A DNA stretch of 64,000 bases from Okamejei kenojei (taxonomy: Eukaryota): assembly GCA_035221665.1 (NCBI GenBank), contig CM069165.1, positions 19,902,001 through 19,966,000 of the forward strand. Reading direction: 5' to 3'. The notes below the pieces were generated by a model, which did no database searches, had not been told where the DNA came from, and saw nothing but the letters and a program-made list of their open reading frames with translations. Position numbers and translations under genes: made by a program. Below, one piece after another: positions 54,401-63,400 of the stretch. Within the stretch, counting starts at the first letter, position 1; each line of letters begins with the position of its first letter.

Positions 54401-57400
54401 ACACTACTTCAACTGTCCAAGGTACAAAATAATAGATAATGCTAAGAGCTTACAAAAATACAACAGTAAATTAAGTAGAGTAATAGGTGATCTTCCTAAC
54501 TAGAGCATGAAAAGACAATAAACACCTTTCAAAGAATTGCAATATTATTTTGATTGCACATGTTACTAATTGTGTCTGACATTAAGTATGCTGCGGCTTT
54601 TTTACCTCACTTTCAAGCAGGTCCAGCCTTAAGCCAATTGGACCGATTGCTCCCAATTGGGCACTGCGCTAATTTTCCGTATTTCGAACGGAAATTCGAA
54701 TTCACGTCGTTAAATAAAGGTTTTTTTTTTAAACATTCGCCTTGTTAAATACGGATTTTTTTAAAAAACGAACATGGATAAAAACCGCTGCACCGGCCAT
54801 CAGACAAAAACGATTTGTTAACACTTGTTAACAGTCAGAAGTTAACACGTAGTTATATAATGTGTCATCAATGCATCGATCCACATCCTCAGTAACTGTA
54901 ATTGTGTTTTGACCAAGTCTTAATGACGCCACGTTCCTTTGAATAAAATTCACGGGACTCCGTGAGTATTATTAATTAATAAGAATTATTAATACTTGGT
55001 CAAAACATAATTACAATTATGATCATTGTGATCATGGCTGATCGTCCCCTATCAATAACCCGTGCCTGTCTTCTCCCCATATCCCTTGACTCCACTAGCC
55101 CCTAGAGCTCTATCTAACTCTCTCTTAAATCCACCCAGTGATTTGGCCTCCACGACCCTCTGTGGCAGGGAATTCCATAAATTCACAACTCTCTGGGTGA
55201 AAAAGTTTTTTTTCACCTCAGTCTTAAATGACCTCCCCTTTATTCTAAGACTGTGGCCCCCTGGTTCTGGGCTCCACTGCCCGCTTATCCATCATCTGTT
55301 GACCCACTCCGCTCTATGATCTTTGCTCTTGAGCTGGTCCCCTCACTGTTCAGACGGAGAGCACTGCGAGAGGCGAGTGGGCCGGCAGAAGGCGCTGAGG
55401 TCCCAGCGGCCGCTCGTAGCCACACGAGCTGCTTCCCTCACCGGCCACAATATGGTGGCTCCAGCTCCGGAGCACCGCGGTGAGTGAGTGGGTTACCGGC
55501 ATGATCCCCGACCCCCTCCTTCTCAATACTCCTGCCCTCCCCGCAACTTTACCCCTAGCCAGACTCCCCACACTCTGCAAAAGGAACTGTCCCCCCCAAT
55601 TGGTCCTTGGAACTAGTATTGTCATTCAATAAGATCACAACCGATTCAACTTATCCCGGTGTGCTCCCGTTATTCCCACCATCTCTCCACCTGCCATCAC
55701 CATCCAACCCCCACCCTTCAGTTATTTAGAAAGGAGGAGATTTGGAAGCCTTGGGCAAATTGAATTGTTACTTTCTTTATTTTTATTATTTATTTTTATG
55801 GAGAGGAGAACAATCTGGGCATGCGCGGTTTAAGATTTTTAAAAATCCGACTGACTGCCTACCCTGAGTAATTACTCACAGCAGGTGCCTGAATATGACT
55901 CATTTATAATTATATATTTTGATGAAAATTGTTCCCAATTGGGGCCCTGCACCTCCTAAGGTCGGCCGCTGCTTTCAAGGAATGCAAATACGAGTCATTA
56001 TTTCATTTGCTGCTCACATGATCGTCAAGGATGCCATTCTAGTTGGGTGGTCTAATATAAAAATTAAGTCTAGCATCACCTAATCTGATCCAAAACCAAG
56101 CCAAGTACTCAAGATTTTCCCTAATCTAACCCATCATTTTCAGATTGTCTGCCCGCTCCCTGCAATTCCTTCTTACACACAACAAATGTCAGCCTCTCTC
56201 AGGCTTTGCAGCATAGCCAGACTCTAATGTTTTAATTAGGACATATACCCAACACAAACCCGGCAACCAGAATCATGCTCCTGTGGACGCTGATCGGTAA
56301 TCAGACTATCTGCCATTCTAATGACTAGCAATGCCAGTGCTTCCGAGTAGAATACTTATTGACTTCTTTAAATAGTCAACCATAAAATAATATGGCCATT
56401 TCTTTCCATCAGTGAAATGAGAATGCTGATACAGGATACTATCCCTCTCCCCAATAAACTATTTACGTACCGTTATTTAAGCAGAATGCGGCATCGGCTT
56501 ATTATTTTCTGTAGTGGAGCCAATTCTCTTGAGCCCTTCTCGAGGAACTTGAGCCCTTCTCAAGTAATTTATGTTCAAACTTGAGTCAATTGCAAACATG
56601 GTCAAGTAACACAATCTTTACAACAAGGACAACGAAATTCAATGACAAAAACAGCTGTCACTTTTAACTGTTTGTATTTTTGACAGAGCAGCTGATGTAC
56701 GAGTAGAAAAGACACACAATTATTTCTTTATTGAAAATAATTTTGCAAAACATGAGCTCATCTAGCAGATTAACCATCCCCACGCCTCATCAATTCCATC
56801 AATACATCAGAATGTCAAGGGAAAAGCATGAACTTAATCAAGGACCATTTTCACCCCGTCATTCCATCTTCTCCCCTCTCCCAAAGGGCAGAAAATACAG
56901 AGGCTTATGAATACCATCAGATTCATAAACGGATTCTTCCTTGCCATTACCAGACTACTGAACAATCCTCCCATAAGCTAGGGGATAGTCCCATCTCCCA
57001 ACCTATTACAATCTTGCACTTATTTTATCTGCACTTTCTCTGCAACTATAATGCTATCACGGCGTAACACTATATTCTGGATTCAGATCGTTTACACTTT
57101 GCACTGCTTGAACCTGTGTACGACTTGTTCGTACTCATGTATATTATGATTTGACTGGATGGCTCCCACATTTTTTCATGCTATCACGGTATGTGTGACG
57201 ATAATAAATTAATATGATACCATTGTGGCTGTAGCAGCTCTTAAACAACAAGTGTCCCATCCCCTGGCTCTATTCCCTCAGAAATACAGTGCCCTGCTCT
57301 GCCAGGCCTGCATTGCAGCCATCTTTAGCTTATGCTTGTTTTGGGAGCTAGTCGCTAGTTTTCTCTTCAGCATATAAAAGGCATGCCAGAAAAGGCATTC

Positions 57401-60400
57401 AATTGGGTTCAATTCGGGTGATTGACTTGGCCACTTAAGAATTGACAAATTAAGCTTTGAATAAACTCCTTTGTTGCTTTAGCAGTATGTTTGAGATCAT
57501 TGTCTTGCTGTAGAATGAACCCCAGCCAATCAGTTTTGAGGCATTTGTTTGAACTTGAGCAGGTAGGATGTGTCTATACACTTCAGAATTCATTATGCTA
57601 CTACCACCAACTGTTGTATCATCAATGAAGATAAGTGAGCCAATACCTTCAGCAGCCATACATGCCCAGGTCATAACACCCCCACCACCATGTTTCACAG
57701 ATGAGGTGGTATGCTTTGGATCTTGGGTAGTTCCTCCTCTCTTCCATACTTTGCTCTTGCCCTCACTCTGATATAAGTAAATCTTCATCTCATCAGTCCA
57801 CAAGACCTTTTCCCAGAACTGTGGTTGCTCTTTTAAGTACTTCTTGGTAAACTGTAACGGGTCATACTATTTTGCAGCTAACCAGTGGTTTGCATCTTGC
57901 AGCGTAGCCTCTGTATTTCTGTTCATGAAGTTTTCTGCGGACAGTGGTCATTGACAAATCCACACCTGAAGAGTGTTTTTGATCCTGTCGGACAGGTGTT
58001 TGGGGATTTTTCTTTATTATGGAGAGAATTCTTCTGTCATCAGCTGTGGAGGTCTTCCTTGGCCTGACAGTCCCTTTGCAATTAGTAAGCTCACCAGTGC
58101 TCTCTTTCTTCTTGATAATGTTCCAAACAGTTGATTTTGGTAAGCCTCAGGTTTGGGTGATGTCTCTAACAGTTTTATTCTTATTTCTCAGTCTTACAAT
58201 AGCTTATTTGACTTCCATTGGCACAACTTTGGTTCTTATGTTGATAAACAGCGCTAAAATTTTCCAAATGTGATGGAAAGACTGGAAGAAAGACTAGGTG
58301 CTGAGAGCTCTCTTATACCTGCATTAAGGAGGCATTTACACACATCTGAGGAATTACAAACACCTGTTAAGCCATGTGTCCCAAACACTATGGTGCTCTG
58401 AAATGGGGGGGGGGGGGGGGGGAAGAGGGGAGAAACTATGTATAAACACAATTGCAATTTCACAATTGTACATGGTGAAACCATCATGTATAAAAATACC
58501 CTTTAATAACATCTGACAATGCACTTTAACCACATGTGATTTTTTTTCTATTACAAATCTCAAATTGTGGAGTACAGAGGCAAATAAATAAATGATGGGT
58601 CTTTGTCCCAAACATTATGGAGGGCACTGTAGCCCCAATTTTCTTTTGAAAGATTATTTATTCAGACTGATCTTGACAGGTAACCCCCAGATAGCTACAA
58701 TAATTGCATGGTTTTAAGAAAGGAATTGCAAGAAAACTTGAGCAATGAAACACACACACGCAGGGAGCAAGCTTCAGTTGCAAAGTAAGGGACAAACATT
58801 GACATTACAGTTTGACAGAAATGTCCTTATGTTGTAATTAGTTCCACCTAATATTGATGGTGAGATGTGTGAACATTATTATTTCACAACAGAGTTTCCA
58901 TTAAGCTTGTCAAAAATACAACATTTATTTAGGTGGCCCTCAACCACCTGTAGACAATCTACAAAGGAAGTAGTACTCACCATTAGAGTTCTCTTTGCTG
59001 TGATTAGTTTCCATTGTCAGTGTACTTCCATCCTTGTCCTGTTGGAGAGCATTATTGAGAACTCGGGCTTGGCAGTGAGCCTCCGTGCTGTCAATAACTG
59101 TTAACAAGGCCTCGAGTGACAACAAGTGAGTGGTGTACAGTTGTCCAGATACAGGAAAAGCATTCTACAAAGATAGGAAAAAAGTAGTTCAGTGTAACTG
59201 TGAAACAAATCTGCCAAATAAATCATATTTCCATAAATGCTTCAATAAGCTTGTTTGTATGATACCCCATAAAAGTTTACAATTGTAAAATGCACCAAAG
59301 TTAAATAACAAACATATTCTGTAGGTGGGGCTGAAGCTGGCTCCCACAAAGTAGACATGACACGGAGCACTGCAGAAAAAACAATTGCAGAAAAAAACAA
59401 TTCTTATATAACTTCCTATAATTCTATATTTTATATTCTATAATTGAATTGCATAATTAATGGTTTCTTTCAAAATATAACGTCGTTTAACAAACGCATA
59501 ATTATGTCAGCCTTTTCTTGTGACTAGCATATACTATGTTTTCCTGATACACATTTTCAAAAGCATGTTTTGTTTACTTTTCCTCACTTCTATCATCCAG
59601 ACAATTATCATAGTACTGATTATGAATTTCTTAATCAACCTCTTTCCTTGATAAATTAAATTGAGAAATACTACTACAATAAGATGAGAGATGAACATGA
59701 TCAATAATTCAACAGAGTGAATGTACCAAAATGTACCTTGGAAAGAAGTTTGGTAAGATCTTCAAAAAGATTACAACAGTAGAAATCACAATCAAAGTTG
59801 ATGTACAGTTCTGTGGCAAAGCTTGGGATTCGCCAGAGTTGAACTAATGCCTCCAAAGCCATCTCTTTCATTTCATAGGGCATCTTGGGATTCTCTGATG
59901 TGACCAAGTCCATTAGTTTCTTTAAATACATCTAGGGAAAAGATATCACTCCCATAAACTTCAAGAGTAAAAAATCATGGCACATTACAGTTATCTATAT
60001 CTAAACTAGAATGTTTTTTTAGCTTGCTTGAACAGCTAACCAAATATGATTTCTGATACCAAACCAACTTACAAGAAAAAGACATCAATCAAAAGCAAAG
60101 CCATTCAAACAAATTGACGTTTGTCACATCAAATGAAAATCTGCCAGTTTAGTTTAAAGATACTGTATGGAAACCGGCCAAGTCCATGCTGGCCATCAAT
60201 TACCCATCACACTAATTATATGTTGTCCCACTTTTTCGTACATTCCCTACAGATTAGGAGCAATTTCCACAAGCCAATTAACCTACAAACTTTTGTTAAA
60301 GAAGGAACTGCTGATGCTGGAGAATCGAGGGTACACAAAAGGCTGGAGAAACTCAGCGGGTGCAGCAGCATCTAAGGTGTGAAGGAGATAGGCGACGTCT

Positions 60401-63400
60401 CGACCCGAAACGTCGCCTATCTCCTTCGCTCCTTAGATGCTGCTGCACCTGCTGAGTTTCTCCAGCCTTTTGTGTAACCTACAAACTTTCACCTTTTTGG
60501 GATGTGGCAGGAAACCTGAGATTCGGAGGAAACCCATGCAGTCACAGGGAGAACGTGCACATTCCACACAAATAGTATCCGAGCTCAGGATAGATCCCGG
60601 GCTTCTGACACTGTAAAGAAGCAGCTCTACCAACTACCCCACTGTGCCACCCAATGGCATAGCTGAAAGACAGAGTGCACTTCTAAATAAAATACAGGAC
60701 AAGCCCTCATTTAGGTTCTTTGCTGGTACCAAAAAGGCTCAGATTTGTTTGGATGCCCACAATTATATTCTTAAACCCAATGCAACTGGAAAGTAATTAA
60801 GTATTTTGTACTTTAAAATAGCAACATAAATGTCAACACTTAGGAAAGTTTTGGAGATCAAAACAGAAAAATTAGTTGGAAAATTATTTTATAGCCACTC
60901 AAACATTCAACATTATATTAATCCTTGTGGAGATAAATTTTATGATCCGTGTATTCAGAATTCAAATCTCTTCTGTTTAGCCAGCTGAATACGAATGACG
61001 CATTTCATCATATTGACTTTCAGTCTGAACAAGGGTCTTGACCCGAAACGTCACCCATTCCTTCTCTCCAGAGATGCTGCCTGTCCCGCTGAGATACTCC
61101 AGCATTTTCTGTCTATCATCATACGACATATTATTTTATGAAGATAAAGATAAGCCAATTTGTTCACCACGGAGTTTAAAATGAATAAGTAAAAAGTAAT
61201 GCCCAGAAATTTGACACCCAGAACTGAAAAACGACAAGATCTCTGCATCAAGATTAAAATAAGTATTAAAATGCCCATTATTGTTGATTGCCATGAACAG
61301 TTTCATGAAGCAGGTTCAACTACCAGGGATTATAGGTTGAAATACATTAAATTTCACTTACCTCAAGTTGGAACTTAAGATGTTGCCTCATACCCTCAAA
61401 TAAAAGGAAGCATAGGCGGAGAGAAGTGGCGTATAAATTAAGACGTTCTACAATTAACAGCTGAAAAGCAAATGACATGAAACACTTATTCTATGATGCA
61501 AAGCACTAAATATGCAGTCACAAAATGTTCATGAAATTAAAAATTCCTACCTGGAACAGGTGCCGGCAGAGCTCATCTTTAATAAGACCCAGCAATGATG
61601 TGTAATTAGCAATGGATGCTGATTCCAATGCTATTGTAAGCAACTGCAAACCCATATGAATCATCACGTCAGAGTTGTGGCGATCATGTGGATTGGTGAG
61701 GGATATTAGGAAACGGAAGAGCTCTCGGATACATGGCAAACCATATGGAACCAAAGCAGCACCTGAGAGGGAGACTTGCACATTAGTCAAAGTTACACAT
61801 AATACCCCATATGAAACTTCAGCCTTTCCATCTACCTCATCTCAACCATTCAGCGCATCTTTCTGTCCCCAACTCTCACATACTTAGTTTTTTACCATAA
61901 TGTCTGAACTGGAAATGTAAATCCTTCAGTCAAGTTGATGTGTGCCGAATGAGGCCACATGCAAACTTTATTTAGTTTCCTTTCAAAGACATCGAAGCCT
62001 CTTGTTATAATGAAGGCTAAGGTGTAGATGTTGAAGTTTTTACTATTAACGGCATCACCTTATTTTACATCACTTTAATGAATTCTGTAATGTTGGTTAA
62101 ATATTTCTAAGCATTTTGGTATCCTTTCCTGCTCTTTTTAACAATGTTCTCTATCTCTATTTACCCTCCGATATTTTCATCCTGTGCAGAATTTAACATC
62201 TTTCTACCATTGACATTATGATGGTCAATCCATATTTCCAGGGTTTAGTTTATCTCAGAGACTCAAAGTCTGAGACGGATCCTGACCCGAAACATTGCCG
62301 ATCCATTCCCTCCACAAATACTGCCTGACCTGCTGAGTTACTGCCGTACAATGTGTTTTGCTTTAGATAATAAATGAAGGTGTGAGGCAGGTTTGTTGAG
62401 TTGGAAATGTAAATGTAAATCCAGAGGGAGGAAAGTAGCAGGAGAGGGTGGGGTGGTGGATGGAAGAGGGAAATAGGTGGGAGTCTAGGTGGGACAAAGC
62501 GGGGGGCAAGGGAAATGGGGAAAGGGTTGTTGTGAGGGGTTACCTAAAAGTGGAGAATGCAATATTCATATGCTTGGTTGCAAGCTGCACAAATGGAATA
62601 TGAGATGTTGTTCCTCCAGTTTGCATGTGGCCTCATTTGGCACACATCATCTTGACTGAATGATTTACATTTCCAATTCAGACATTATGGTAAGAAACAA
62701 GTTACATTTGTTTCATGATTAAAATGAAAAGGAACCCTTCCATTGCTCTGATTAATCTTGTTTGATTCCAAGATATACAAGCACTAACACCAACCTTCCT
62801 TCTGCATTGACTGAGTAAACCTAACCCCACGAGGGTTAACATAGTCCATATCATGTACTTCATGGATTGAAGCAGTGTCAGATATTTCTGTGAGGGAGTC
62901 ACGATCTTCTAACACTTCTGGAATAGATTCCACCGATGTGAATTGAGCCTTCTCTTCCTTCGGCAAAAATTCATCTAATCTTCCGCCCTTCAAAACAAAA
63001 TTAGCAAGCTTCAATTCAATTAACTTACTTAAACCCAAAGAAACACTGTAATAATAATTTAGAACAATGTTCAAACTTTCTACATATAGAGTCATAGAAA
63101 CATGATCTTCAGCCACGTGGACCATCAAACACCCATGTTTTTATTCTCCTCACATGCATATTAACTCCAAGATCGTACCACTAACTTGCACACTCAGGCA
63201 ATTTACAGTGGTTAATGACTCTACCAATAAGATGATGGGAAACGTTATCTGTCACAATCACACAGGATGTCTTTAATAGCTTTCTTCTCCTTCCACGTAA
63301 CCTGACAGAAGAGATTAAACAAGTTCTGGATTAGGGAGCTGAGGTTTCGAAGGATAGTGAAAAGATTCCTTGTTCAAAGAAGTGGGTAATGTATGCAATG

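Noticed and set aside
60590-60652. tRNA-like sequence (also near 5435 and 25210)
   Set aside because: These are SINE heads with degenerate boxes and no complete cloverleaf.
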